Part shown: piece by piece, positions 34,316 through 43,053 of the stretch
Position numbering within the stretch: the stretch's first letter is position 1
How the letters are laid out: every line of letters begins with the position of its first letter
Origin: Jiangellaceae bacterium
Lineage (GTDB): Bacteria; Actinomycetota; Actinomycetes; Jiangellales; Jiangellaceae
DNA length: 64,000 bases
Reading direction: 5' to 3'
NCBI GenBank assembly: GCA_036566745.1
Contig: DATCVR010000339.1
Span: 2,580-66,579, forward strand
Position numbers and translations under genes: made by a program
Notes under the pieces: model-generated
What the model was told of the DNA's origin: nothing
Databases searched by the model: none
The model's input: the letters and a program-made list of their open reading frames with translations, nothing else

Positions 34316-35109
34316 CCCGTGCGCACGGCCAGTTCGGAGGCGATGGCGTCGAGGTCGTGGCGGCAGCGGGCGATCCGCTCACGGGTGGCCTGCGACTTGA
34401 GCATGGTCAGGCTGACACCGTGCAGGCCGCGCTGCGGGTCGTCGCTCGGGACCACGCGTCCGACGCAGTACATGCCCTCCAGGGTCTCCTCGTCGTCGAC
34501 CGCGAACCCGTCGGCACGCACCTTCTCCAGCTCGGCCGCCAGCGAGCGCGCATCGGCGATCGAGTGGGGCGTCAGTCGGGGAAGCGGTCCGGAGGCCCGC
34601 AGCCTGGCCTGCACCTCCGGCCACGGCAGCGTGCTGAGCATGGCCTTTCCGGTGGCGGTGGTGGTGGCGACGAGGCGACGGCCGACGTCGGAGGCGATCC
34701 GGACCGGGCCGGTGCCCTCCTTGCGGGCGAGGTACGCGACGTCGAGGCCACGGTCGAGGATGGACAGCTGCACGGTCTCCTGCAGGCCGGGCGCGACTTC
34801 GCGGCAGACGGCGTAGAAGGTCGTGACGATGTCGACCGTGCGCAGGTAGGCGCTGCCGAGCCCGACCAGCCGGTGACCGAGCTGGTAGCCGACGCCCTCG
34901 CGGCGGGCCAGCCCCGACTCCACCAGCGCGTCGCAGATGTAGGCCGCCGACGATTTGGCGATGCCCAGCTCGCGGGCGATCTCGGTGGGGCCGACGGCGT
35001 TGCCCTCGGCGGCGGCGAAGATCTCCAGGATCGCCGCCGCGCGGCTGACCGCAGGCGCGCGGCTGCGTCCGATGTCGAGCGTGGCGCCGGTGGTCGAGGG
35101 TGCGGGCAT
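34279..35109 (-). CDS. IclR-family transcriptional regulator
   Basis: HTH GPTEIARELGIAKSSAAYICDALVESGL plus an IclR effector domain. The 860-aa ORF is trimmed to MPAPSTTG at 35109. Confidence 0.85.
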   Translation of the reverse strand: MPAPSTTGATLDIGRSRAPAVSRAAAILEIFAAAEGNAVGPTEIARELGIAKSSAAYICDALVESGLARREGVGYQLGHRLVGLGSAYLRTVDIVTTFYAVCREVAPGLQETVQLSILDRGLDVAYLARKEGTGPVRIASDVGRRLVATTTATGKAMLSTLPWPEVQARLRASGPLPRLTPHSIADARSLAAELEKVRADGFAVDDEETLEGMYCVGRVVPSDDPQRGLHGVSLTMLKSQATRERIARCRHDLDAIASELAVRTGYRKPRAASISS

Positions 35110-35238
35110 GGCGCTCCCTTCGGAGCAACGTCGGGCAACACGGTGGCGCGGCCGCCGAGGGTGGCCGTGACCGGACACGGTGCTGCGCAGGTCGTGCCGG
35201 CGCGGCAATGATAGGCCGTGTTCATCACCAGGCGTCAT

Positions 35239-35254
35239 GTTCGCTCTAGAGAAC
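35239..35254. promoter_or_regulatory. Imperfect 16-bp palindrome GTTCGCTCTAGAGAAC (candidate IclR operator)
   Basis: 6 of 8 half-site matches around a perfect CTCTAGAG core. It is unusually AT-rich for this genome and lies 11 nt before the ALDH GTG. Confidence 0.3.
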
Positions 35255-35265
35255 GGTCGGACAGA

Positions 35266-36648
35266 GTGACCCCAACGAACGCGGTACGCACCGTCGACCC
35301 GTCCACCGGCGAGCTCCTCGCCGAGCACCCGCTGTGGAACCACGCGCAGGCCGCCGCCGCACTCGACGACGCCTGGACCGCCTGGCAGTCGTGGCGCCGG
35401 CGCTCGCTCCATGACCGGGCCGCCGCGCTGGCCCCGCTGGCCGATGCGCTGCGCGAGCGCGAGGACGATCTCGCCGGGATGCTGACCGCCGAGATGGGCA
35501 AGCCACTGGCGGCAGCGCGGGCGGAGATCCGCAAGACCGCCGACGCGGTGACCGCCGTGGTGCGCCACGCCCCCGACGCGCTGGCCTCGGAGGAGCGCGC
35601 GGCCGATCCGCCGGGCCGAGCGCTGGTGCGCTACGACTCTCTCGGACCCCTGCTCGGCATCATGCCGTGGAACTTCCCGTACTGGCAGAGCGCGCGGTTC
35701 CTCCTCCCCGCGCTGGTGGCGGGCAACGTCGTGCTGATCAAGCCGGCACCGTCGACGCTCGGCAGCGCGGGCGTCCTCCAGTCGGTGATCGACTCGCTCG
35801 GCCTGCCGTCCGGCGTGGTGCGGACCGTGCCCGTCGACGTCGACGAGGTGGCGGCGCTCATGGCCGACCCGAGGCTGCGCGGGGTGAGCCTCACCGGGAG
35901 CGCCCGGGCGGGGCGAGCCGTGGCCGAGCTGGCCGGCCGGCACCTCACCAAGGTCGTCCTCGAGCTGGGTGGATCGGATCCGTTCATCGTGCTGCCGGAC
36001 GCCGACGTCACGGCGGCCGCCGCGGCGGCGATCGCCTCGCGGATGCAGAACAGCGGGCAGAGCTGCATCGCCGCCAAGCGGTTCCTCGTCCACCCCGACG
36101 TGGCCGAGGAGTTCGTCGCGGCTCTGGTCGACGGTGTGGCCGGCCTCGTCGTCGGCGATCCGACCGACCCGGAGGTGAGCGTCGGGCCGCTCGCCACGGC
36201 CGACGCCGTCGCCACGATCGAGGCCCAGGTCCGCGCGAGCGTCGACGCGGGCGCCACCGTGGCGATCGGCGGCAGGCGGCTGGACCGACCGGGATTCTTC
36301 TACGCGCCGACGGTCCTCACCGGCGTCGACGCCTCCATGCCGTGCGTGGCGGAGGAGGTGTTCGGGCCGGTCGCGGCCGTCTCGACGGTCGCCGACGTCG
36401 ACGACGCCGTCGCGCAGGCGAACGCCAGCGAATACGGCCTGGGCGCCAGCGTCTGGACGGCCGACCACGGCCTCGCCACCGACCTGGCGGCGCGGCTCGA
36501 GGTCGGGCAGGTGTTCGTCAACGGCATGGTGGTGTCGGACGCGCGGTACCCCTTCGGCGGGGTCAAGAGCTCCGGCTTCGGCCGCGAGCTGGGCCCGGAG
36601 GGGTTCCGCGAGTTCACCAACGTCAAGCTCGTGCGGGTGATGGGATGA
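35266..36648 (+). CDS. NAD(P)-dependent aldehyde dehydrogenase (succinate-semialdehyde/lactaldehyde DH-like)
   Basis: VLELGGSDP and the catalytic NSGQSCIAAKR. GTG start at 35266 (VTPTNAVRTVDPSTGE); the ORF-track start is 35218. Confidence 0.85.
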   Translation: MTPTNAVRTVDPSTGELLAEHPLWNHAQAAAALDDAWTAWQSWRRRSLHDRAAALAPLADALREREDDLAGMLTAEMGKPLAAARAEIRKTADAVTAVVRHAPDALASEERAADPPGRALVRYDSLGPLLGIMPWNFPYWQSARFLLPALVAGNVVLIKPAPSTLGSAGVLQSVIDSLGLPSGVVRTVPVDVDEVAALMADPRLRGVSLTGSARAGRAVAELAGRHLTKVVLELGGSDPFIVLPDADVTAAAAAAIASRMQNSGQSCIAAKRFLVHPDVAEEFVAALVDGVAGLVVGDPTDPEVSVGPLATADAVATIEAQVRASVDAGATVAIGGRRLDRPGFFYAPTVLTGVDASMPCVAEEVFGPVAAVSTVADVDDAVAQANASEYGLGASVWTADHGLATDLAARLEVGQVFVNGMVVSDARYPFGGVKSSGFGRELGPEGFREFTNVKLVRVMG

Positions 36649-37202
36649 GCCCGCCGGTCCATCGGGCCGACCGGGCAGACCTGGCCGACCGGGCAGACCG
36701 GGTCGCGGCGCTGCTGGGTGCTCCGGTGCGCCAGCTCGCATTCGTGGTGCGCGATCTCGAGGCGAGCATGCGGTCCTGGGCCGATCTCCTCGACGTCGGC
36801 CCATGGTCGGCGTACCCGCTAGGCCCGCCGCGGTTGCGGGAGATGGTCTACCGCGGCACACCGGCCGAGTTCTCCTTCTGGCACGCCCTGGCGTGGTCGG
36901 GCGAGCTGCAGGTCGAGCTGGTGCAGCCGGTGAGCGGCCCGAGCATCTTCGCCGAGCACCTCGAACGACACGGCGAGGGGATGCACCACGTCGGCGTCGT
37001 CGTGCCGGACCACGCCGCGGCGAGCCGGCTGCTGCTCGCGCGAGGGTTCACGCCCGTGCAGAGCGCCGCCGGGTTCGGCCTCGACGGCAGCGGGCGTTTC
37101 GCCTACTTCGAGCCGCCGCCCGGCCTGGGCATCGTCGTCGAGCTGATCGACCCGCCCGTGGTCCGGGCCGAGCCCGACGCCGTCTACCCGAAGGAGCGCT
37201 GA
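36645..37202 (+). CDS. VOC (glyoxalase/dioxygenase) family protein
   Basis: VRQLAFVVRDLEASM...GEGMHHVGVVVPD...VELI pattern. ATGA overlap with the ALDH stop. Confidence 0.7.
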   Translation: MSPPVHRADRADLADRADRVAALLGAPVRQLAFVVRDLEASMRSWADLLDVGPWSAYPLGPPRLREMVYRGTPAEFSFWHALAWSGELQVELVQPVSGPSIFAEHLERHGEGMHHVGVVVPDHAAASRLLLARGFTPVQSAAGFGLDGSGRFAYFEPPPGLGIVVELIDPPVVRAEPDAVYPKER

Positions 37203-37205
37203 GCG

Positions 37206-38333
37206 ATGCGGATCGAGCAGGTCGAGGTGCTGCCAGCGGCGGGCGCCCTCTACGTCCGGATCACCACGGACGACGGCACGACCGGGGTGGGGGAGAGCAC
37301 CTTCTTCGGCTGGCCGGCGGCCGCAGGGGTGATCGCGGACTCGTTCGTGCCCCCTCTCGTCGGAGCCGACCCCTTCGACACCGAGCATCTCTGGCTCACG
37401 CTCTACCGGGCGTTCTGCTTCCGGGGGATGGCCGTCGTCGGGGCGATCAGCGCGGTCGACCAGGCGCTGTGGGACCTCAAGGGCAAGGCGCTCGACGAGC
37501 CGGTGTGGCGGCTGCTGGGTGGTCGCGTGCGCAAGGGCGTACGGGCGATGCGGGTGCTGCCCTACGGCACGCCGGACGAGGTCGCGAAGGCGGGCCTGGC
37601 GGCGGTCGAGGAGGGATACACCGCCGTGAAGGCGCTGCTCTTCCAGAGTGAGCACCACCGGATGCCGCTGGCCCGGCGGCTGGGTGATCTCGTCGACCGG
37701 ACCGCCCTGCTGCGCGACGCGCTCGGCCCGGACGTCGACCTCGCGATCGAGCTGCACCGCAACATGGGGCCGGGCGACTCCCTCATGCTCATGGACGAGA
37801 TCGCGCGCTTCCGGCCGATCTTCGTCGAGGACCCGATCCCGCCGGACAGCGTCCTTTCCCTGGGCGAGATCGCGCGCAAGGCCCGGGTGCCGATCGCCGC
37901 GGGCGAGCGCAACACGACCATCTGGGAGTTCCGCGAGTACATCGAGCACGGCGGCATCGACGTGGTGCGGCCGGACGTCGGCATCGCGGGTGGCATCACC
38001 CACGTCCGAAAGATCTGCGCGCTGGCCGAGTCACACCACCTGCTGATCGCTCCGCACGCGGTGCCCTCGGGCCCGGTCGCCACCGCGGCGCACGTCCAGC
38101 TGGGCCTGGCGAGTCCGGGGTGGGAGTGGCAGGAACACGTGCCGCAGGACACCGACCCGCGCTGCGCCGAGGTGGTCGACGCGGTCGTGCCGGTGGTCGA
38201 CGGGTGGCTGGTCCCGCCGGATCGTCCCGGGCTGGGCATCGAGCTCGACGACGACGGGCTGGCGCGGCACCCCGCGACGGCTCCCGCGATCGAGGTGCCC
38301 CTGCGCGAGAGCGAGGCGGTGGCGTTCCGATGA
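37206..38333 (+). CDS. Enolase-superfamily (mandelate racemase/galactonate-dehydratase-like) acid-sugar dehydratase
   Basis: GVGESTFFG, AISAVDQALWDLKGK, DLAIELH, FVEDP, AAGER, VRPDVGIAGGIT. SD AAGGAG upstream. Confidence 0.85.
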   Translation: MRIEQVEVLPAAGALYVRITTDDGTTGVGESTFFGWPAAAGVIADSFVPPLVGADPFDTEHLWLTLYRAFCFRGMAVVGAISAVDQALWDLKGKALDEPVWRLLGGRVRKGVRAMRVLPYGTPDEVAKAGLAAVEEGYTAVKALLFQSEHHRMPLARRLGDLVDRTALLRDALGPDVDLAIELHRNMGPGDSLMLMDEIARFRPIFVEDPIPPDSVLSLGEIARKARVPIAAGERNTTIWEFREYIEHGGIDVVRPDVGIAGGITHVRKICALAESHHLLIAPHAVPSGPVATAAHVQLGLASPGWEWQEHVPQDTDPRCAEVVDAVVPVVDGWLVPPDRPGLGIELDDDGLARHPATAPAIEVPLRESEAVAFR

Positions 38334-39463
38334 CGCGGAAACCGATGGGTGCGCGGCCCGCGGTGGCGATCGCCCTCCGCGCCGACCTGCGCGCGAGCAT
38401 GATCGCCGACGCCGAGCTGGCCCGGCTGCGGGAGTTCGCCGACGTCCGCATCGCCGAGTTCGGCGGAGCCGTGCACACCTACGAGCGCCCCGAGCCCGAC
38501 GCCGAGGCAGAGGCCGGGCTCGCGGCGTTCGCGGCCGGTGCCGACGCGCTGGTCGTCACGCACGGCGCCCCGCGGGTCACCGCCGAGGTGCTCGCCGCCT
38601 GCCCGGACCTGCGGTTCGTGGGCGAGCTGGAGGGTGATCGCTTCGCCGGCCGGATCGACGTGGACGCGGCTGCGGCCCGTGGCGTCGTCGTGGTCGACAC
38701 CACGCACGGCTCGTCCTGGCCGGTCGCCGAGTACGCGCTGGCCATGGCGATCCTCGGGCTCCGCGACTCGGGGCGCTACGTCCGGGCGCTGGCCGAGGGC
38801 GAGCCGGTGGCGAACGCGGCCCGCGGTGACGCGGCGCGCCTGGGCAACCGGGAGCTGACCGGGCGGCGCGTCGGCCTGGTCGGCTTCGGCCACATCGCCT
38901 GGCGGCTGGTCGAGTTCCTCCGGCCGTTCCGGGTCACGCTGGTGGCGCACGATCCCTACGCGCCGCGAGAGATCGGCGACGCCCTGGGCGTGTCGTTCGG
39001 CTCGCTCGACGCGGTCATGTCCACCAGCGACGTGGTGATCTGCCTGGCGCCCCTCACGCCGTCCAGCCGAGGCTCGATCACCGAGCGTCACCTGCGGTCG
39101 CTCCGTCCGGGCAGCGTGTTCGTGAACGTCTCCCGGGGCGCGGTGGTCGACGCCGTGGGCCTCGAGGCTGTGGCGGCTCGGGGCGAGGTGGTGTTCTGCC
39201 TCGACGTGCTCGATCCGGAGCCGGTGCCCGTCGGCCATCCACTGCGCGCTCTGCCCAATGTCCTGCTCACCCCCCATCTGGCCGGCACCACCGACGACGC
39301 CGGGCAGCGCTTCTTCGCCCTCATGGTCGACGAGCTGCATCGCTTCGCCGCCGGCCTGGAGCCGCAGGCTCAGCTCACCCCGCGGGTGATGGCCGGCCGG
39401 CACGACGACGGCGCCCACGCCCGCCTCACGACCACCCTCTCCGCGGAAGGATCCAGCCGATGA
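38330..39463 (+). CDS. D-isomer-specific 2-hydroxyacid dehydrogenase family protein
   Basis: GLVGFGHIAWRL, NVSRGAVVD, DVLDPEP, TPHLAG. ATGA overlap with the enolase stop. Confidence 0.8.
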   Translation: MTRKPMGARPAVAIALRADLRASMIADAELARLREFADVRIAEFGGAVHTYERPEPDAEAEAGLAAFAAGADALVVTHGAPRVTAEVLAACPDLRFVGELEGDRFAGRIDVDAAAARGVVVVDTTHGSSWPVAEYALAMAILGLRDSGRYVRALAEGEPVANAARGDAARLGNRELTGRRVGLVGFGHIAWRLVEFLRPFRVTLVAHDPYAPREIGDALGVSFGSLDAVMSTSDVVICLAPLTPSSRGSITERHLRSLRPGSVFVNVSRGAVVDAVGLEAVAARGEVVFCLDVLDPEPVPVGHPLRALPNVLLTPHLAGTTDDAGQRFFALMVDELHRFAAGLEPQAQLTPRVMAGRHDDGAHARLTTTLSAEGSSR

Positions 39464-39756
39464 TCGTCCTGGTCGCCAAGTACTACCTGAAGTCCGTCGA
39501 CGACCTCCCGGCGGTGCGGTCCGCGCTCGAGGAGATGGCCGTGCGAGTCCGGGCCGACGAGCCGGCCTGCACGCTCTACCAGGCCTCGGTGTCGACCGAG
39601 CGTCCCGATCTGGTCATGCTCTACGAGCACTACACCGACGAGGCCGCCTTGCTGGCTCACCGCGAGACCCCGCACTTCGCCGAGCTGGTCGAGGGTCGCG
39701 TGGTGCCGTTGCTCGACCGCCGCGAGCGCGAGGTCTACGAGCTGCTGGTGTCCTGA
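39460..39756 (+). CDS. ABM-domain (dimeric alpha+beta barrel) protein
   Basis: 98 aa with MIVLVAKYYLK...LYEHYTDEAALLAHRETPHF, a typical ABM pattern. ATGA overlap upstream and TGATG overlap downstream. Confidence 0.7.
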   Translation: MIVLVAKYYLKSVDDLPAVRSALEEMAVRVRADEPACTLYQASVSTERPDLVMLYEHYTDEAALLAHRETPHFAELVEGRVVPLLDRREREVYELLVS

Positions 39757-40826
39757 TGCGGCTCGTCTCGTTCACCACGGAGGTGGCCGGTGTCGGCCGC
39801 CGGCATCACCTGGGTGCGCTCGCCTCCGACGCCACCACCGTCGTCGACCTGCCGACGGCCACCGAGGCCCGGCTGGTGGCGCACGGGCTGCCGGTGTCGG
39901 CCGCGACGCGGGTGGCGGCCGGCCTCGTGCCGGCCGAGCTGCGCGCGTTCGTCGAGAACGCGGAGCTCGATCTCGACGCCGCCCGCGAGGCGCTGACCTG
40001 GGTCGAGGCCACGGGCACCGAGCTCGGGCCTAGCGGCGCGGCGCTCGTGCACGAGCTCGACACCGTGACGGTGCGCCCGGCCGTGCCCGAACCCTCGCTC
40101 ATCCGCGACTTCATGGCCTTCGAGCAGCACCTGCGCAACATCTATCCGCGGCTCGGCCGGGAGATCCCGGAGGAGTGGTTCGCCCTGCCGGTCTACTACA
40201 AGGGCAACCCGCAGTCGGTCGGGGCGCATCTGGACGAGATCGTCATGCCCGACTACGCCGAGGGGCGGCTCGACTTCGAGTTCGAGGTGGCGGCGGTGAT
40301 CGGCCGGGGTGGTCGCGACATCGCGGTCGAGGACGCGATGTCGCACGTCTACGGCTACACGATCTACGACGACTTCTCCGCCCGCGACACCCAGGCCCGC
40401 GAGATGTCCGTGGGTCTCGGGCCGGCCAAGGGCAAGGACTTCGACCGCGCCCACGTCCTCGGACCGTGGCTCGTCACGACCGACGAGATCGCCGACCCGT
40501 ACGCCCTGGCCATGCATGCCGACGTCAACGGCGAGGCGTGGGCGACCGGGTCCACCGGCGACATGCACTGGCGGTTCGAGCAGATGATCGCCCACGCCTC
40601 GCGCGGGGAGACGCTCCGGCCGCTGGAGGTGTTCGGCTCCGGGACGGTCGGCGGAGGAAGCGCGGCCGAGCGCGGGGCCACGCTGGGCGCCGGCGACGTC
40701 GTGGAGCTCCGCGTCGACGGCCTCGGCCTGCTGCGCAACACGATCGTGGCCGCAGGAGGCCGGAATCGACCGGAATCGGACGTGCCACAGGTCCGTAACA
40801 CTCCCTTGACACCACCGACACGATGA
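39756..40826 (+). CDS. Fumarylacetoacetate hydrolase-family protein (long form with N-terminal domain)
   Basis: IRDFMAFEQH, FEFEVAAVIGRGG, YGYTIYDDFSARD, GPAKGKDF, GDVVELRVDGLG. The non-conserved C-terminal tail runs into the next promoter. Confidence 0.8.
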   Translation: MRLVSFTTEVAGVGRRHHLGALASDATTVVDLPTATEARLVAHGLPVSAATRVAAGLVPAELRAFVENAELDLDAAREALTWVEATGTELGPSGAALVHELDTVTVRPAVPEPSLIRDFMAFEQHLRNIYPRLGREIPEEWFALPVYYKGNPQSVGAHLDEIVMPDYAEGRLDFEFEVAAVIGRGGRDIAVEDAMSHVYGYTIYDDFSARDTQAREMSVGLGPAKGKDFDRAHVLGPWLVTTDEIADPYALAMHADVNGEAWATGSTGDMHWRFEQMIAHASRGETLRPLEVFGSGTVGGGSAAERGATLGAGDVVELRVDGLGLLRNTIVAAGGRNRPESDVPQVRNTPLTPPTR

Positions 40827-40850
40827 GACAGTCTCACTGAATCGTTTTTA
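40806..40850 (+). promoter_or_regulatory. Promoter (TTGACA-17-CAGTCT) plus operator TGAATCGTTTTTA for the ABC permease genes
   Basis: -35 at 40806-40811, -10 at 40829-40834, operator at 40838-40850. Confidence 0.5.
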
Positions 40851-40923
40851 TGGACGACGTCATGGACGACGCCGGCGGGTAGCCGGCGACCGCGCGGGTC
40901 ACCCGTCGACGGAGGACAGACAG

Positions 40924-41880
40924 ATGGCAACAACCACTGGCGCTCCACCGGTAGTGCCACCGGTCGGCGATCCCGAGCCGCCGAGAGCGCGGCGGCGGAG
41001 CATCCCGTGGTTCGTCTACGTGGCGCTGCTGCCCCTGGCCGCGGTGCTCGCGCTCTTCCAGTACTACCCGGCGCTGAGCGGGATCTTCAGGTCGTTCTGG
41101 GACTGGAATCCCGGCCTCGAGTCGACCTTCGTCGGCCTCGACAACTTCGCCACGATGATGGACGACGAGATCTGGTGGCGGTCGTTCAAGAACCTCGGCT
41201 ACATCTTCGTGTTCGGGGTGGTGTCGTGGATCATCCCGATCATCGCCGCCGAGCTGCTCATCACGCTGCGCAGTGACCGGGCCCAGTTCGTGTTCCGCAC
41301 GCTGCTGATCATCCCGATGGCCTTCCCCGGCGTGGTGACGGCGCTGGTGTGGTCGTTCATGTACCACCCGAACAACGGCGTGATCAACAAGGCGCTGACC
41401 GCGATCGGGCTGGAGAGCCTGGCGCAGAACTGGGTCGGCGACCCGTCGTTCGCCTTGTGGTCGCTGCTGTTCATCGGGTTCCCGTTCATCGCCGGATTGC
41501 CGTTCCTGATCTTCTACTCGACCTTGCGGAACATCCCGCGGGAGATCTTCGAGGCCGCGGCGCTCGACGGCGTGAGCCGGGTGCGGAGGTTCTGGTCGAT
41601 CGACCTGCCGTTGATGGCCCGCCAGGTGAAGCTCCTGGTGTTCCTGGCCGTCATCGGCACCCTGCAGTACGGCTTCATGGCCTACATCGTCACCTCCGGC
41701 GGCCCGGACAACTCGACCATGGTGCCGGTGCTCCGGATGCTGAACGTCGCCTTCCAGGGCCAGGACTGGGGCTACGCCGCCGCGCTGTCCACCACGCTGT
41801 TCGTCTTCACGCTCGTCCTGAGCGGGCTCGTGGTGTTCGTCCGGCGCCGCGACTCCTCCACCAACGTCCGCGGCATGTGA
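40924..41880 (+). CDS. Carbohydrate ABC transporter permease (MalF/UgpA-like)
   Basis: Multiple TM segments and the EAA loop EAAALDGVSRVRRFWSIDLPLM. SD GGAGGA. Confidence 0.85.
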   Translation: MATTTGAPPVVPPVGDPEPPRARRRSIPWFVYVALLPLAAVLALFQYYPALSGIFRSFWDWNPGLESTFVGLDNFATMMDDEIWWRSFKNLGYIFVFGVVSWIIPIIAAELLITLRSDRAQFVFRTLLIIPMAFPGVVTALVWSFMYHPNNGVINKALTAIGLESLAQNWVGDPSFALWSLLFIGFPFIAGLPFLIFYSTLRNIPREIFEAAALDGVSRVRRFWSIDLPLMARQVKLLVFLAVIGTLQYGFMAYIVTSGGPDNSTMVPVLRMLNVAFQGQDWGYAAALSTTLFVFTLVLSGLVVFVRRRDSSTNVRGM

Positions 41881-41912
41881 GCGGCCCCGAGACGCAAGGA
41901 GTGTCTGTCACG

Positions 41913-42788
41913 ATGAGCACCGCCACGCTCGAGGCCCCGGCCACCACCAGGTCGGCGTCGCCGGCACCGAAGAAGCGGTCGCGGCAGTGGGGGGTGAAGG
42001 CGGCCCTGAGCGGGCTGGTCTTCGTCAGCCTCTTCCCGTACCTGTTCATGCTCGGCACGTCGGTCAAGGACAACCTGCAGTTCTCCGAGAACTACTGGAT
42101 GCCGGTGCTGCCGTTCCACTGGGAGAACTACGGCCGGGCATGGGAGCAGATCCAGCCCTACATGGTGGCCTCGGTGGTGGTCGCCGTGGTGGCGATCGTG
42201 GCCATCGTGGCGTTGTCGCTGGTGGCGGGGTTCGTGCTGGCGCGGTACTCGTTCCCGGGGCGCAGCTTCTTCTTCGTGATGATCGCCGCGCTGATGATGG
42301 TGCCGAGCATCTCCAGCCTGATCCCGCTGTTCGTGATGATGCGCGACTTCGGGCTGCTCAACACGTATCCGGTGCTGATCATCCCGCACGTGGCCGGCGG
42401 CGTGGTCATCGGCACGATCCTGATGAAGACGTTCATCGAGGGCATCCCGCAGGAGCTGTTCGACGCCGCGCGGGTCGACGGCGCCGGTGGCCCGAGGATG
42501 TTCGCCTCGATCATGATGCCGCTGTCGCTTCCGGTCATCGGCACCGTCGCGCTCATCACCATCAACGGGGTGTGGAACGACTTCTTCTGGCCGCTGCTCA
42601 CGGTCACCGAGAACGAGCTGCGCACGGTCTCGGTCGGGCTGCTGTTCTTCCAGGGGCAGTCAGGCACCGAGTACGGCCCGATGTTCGCGGGCTACATGCT
42701 GGCGAGCGTGCCGCTGTTGCTGCTGTTCACCTTCCTGTCCAAGTATTTCCTGGCCGGGGTGCAAGGCGGACTGCCCGGATCGCACTGA
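41913..42788 (+). CDS. Carbohydrate ABC transporter permease (MalG/UgpE-like)
   Basis: EAA loop DAARVDGAGGPRMFASIMMPL. ORF trimmed to the ATG at 41913 after AAGGAG. Confidence 0.85.
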   Translation: MSTATLEAPATTRSASPAPKKRSRQWGVKAALSGLVFVSLFPYLFMLGTSVKDNLQFSENYWMPVLPFHWENYGRAWEQIQPYMVASVVVAVVAIVAIVALSLVAGFVLARYSFPGRSFFFVMIAALMMVPSISSLIPLFVMMRDFGLLNTYPVLIIPHVAGGVVIGTILMKTFIEGIPQELFDAARVDGAGGPRMFASIMMPLSLPVIGTVALITINGVWNDFFWPLLTVTENELRTVSVGLLFFQGQSGTEYGPMFAGYMLASVPLLLLFTFLSKYFLAGVQGGLPGSH

Positions 42789-42976
42789 GCACGGCGGCGG
42801 CATCCGTCGCGTTCCGGCCGGGTCGTGTCCGGCGGCTGGGGGATGAACCGGCTCAATCGAAGCCAGGGTCCGCGCCTGTCCGGCCGGAGCCGGTGCACGC
42901 GACCCGGCAACGATGCGGTTGGCCAGGCGTGACCTGATCCGGCCAGTGCTGGCGGCCAGGTTCTCCCGAGCATCTC

Positions 42977-43021
42977 TTGACACGCGGCTGCTCCGGGCCG
43001 AGCCTGAGTGAAACGTTTTTA
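42977..43021 (+). promoter_or_regulatory. Promoter (TTGACA-17-GAGCCT) plus operator TGAAACGTTTTTA for rhaI-SBP-rhaM-SDR
   Basis: -35 at 42977-42982, -10 at 43000-43005, operator at 43009-43021. Confidence 0.5.
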
Positions 43022-43053
43022 GACGTACGTCGAGACGACGCGGGAGTGCATGG

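Noticed and set aside
40850-40882. Possible 10-codon uORF MDDVMDDAGG containing the tandem ATGGACGACG-TC-ATGGACGACG, between the operator and the permease gene.
   Set aside because: It has no SD and starts inside or immediately after the operator. The repeat alone may explain the apparent ORF. It was kept only as a note.
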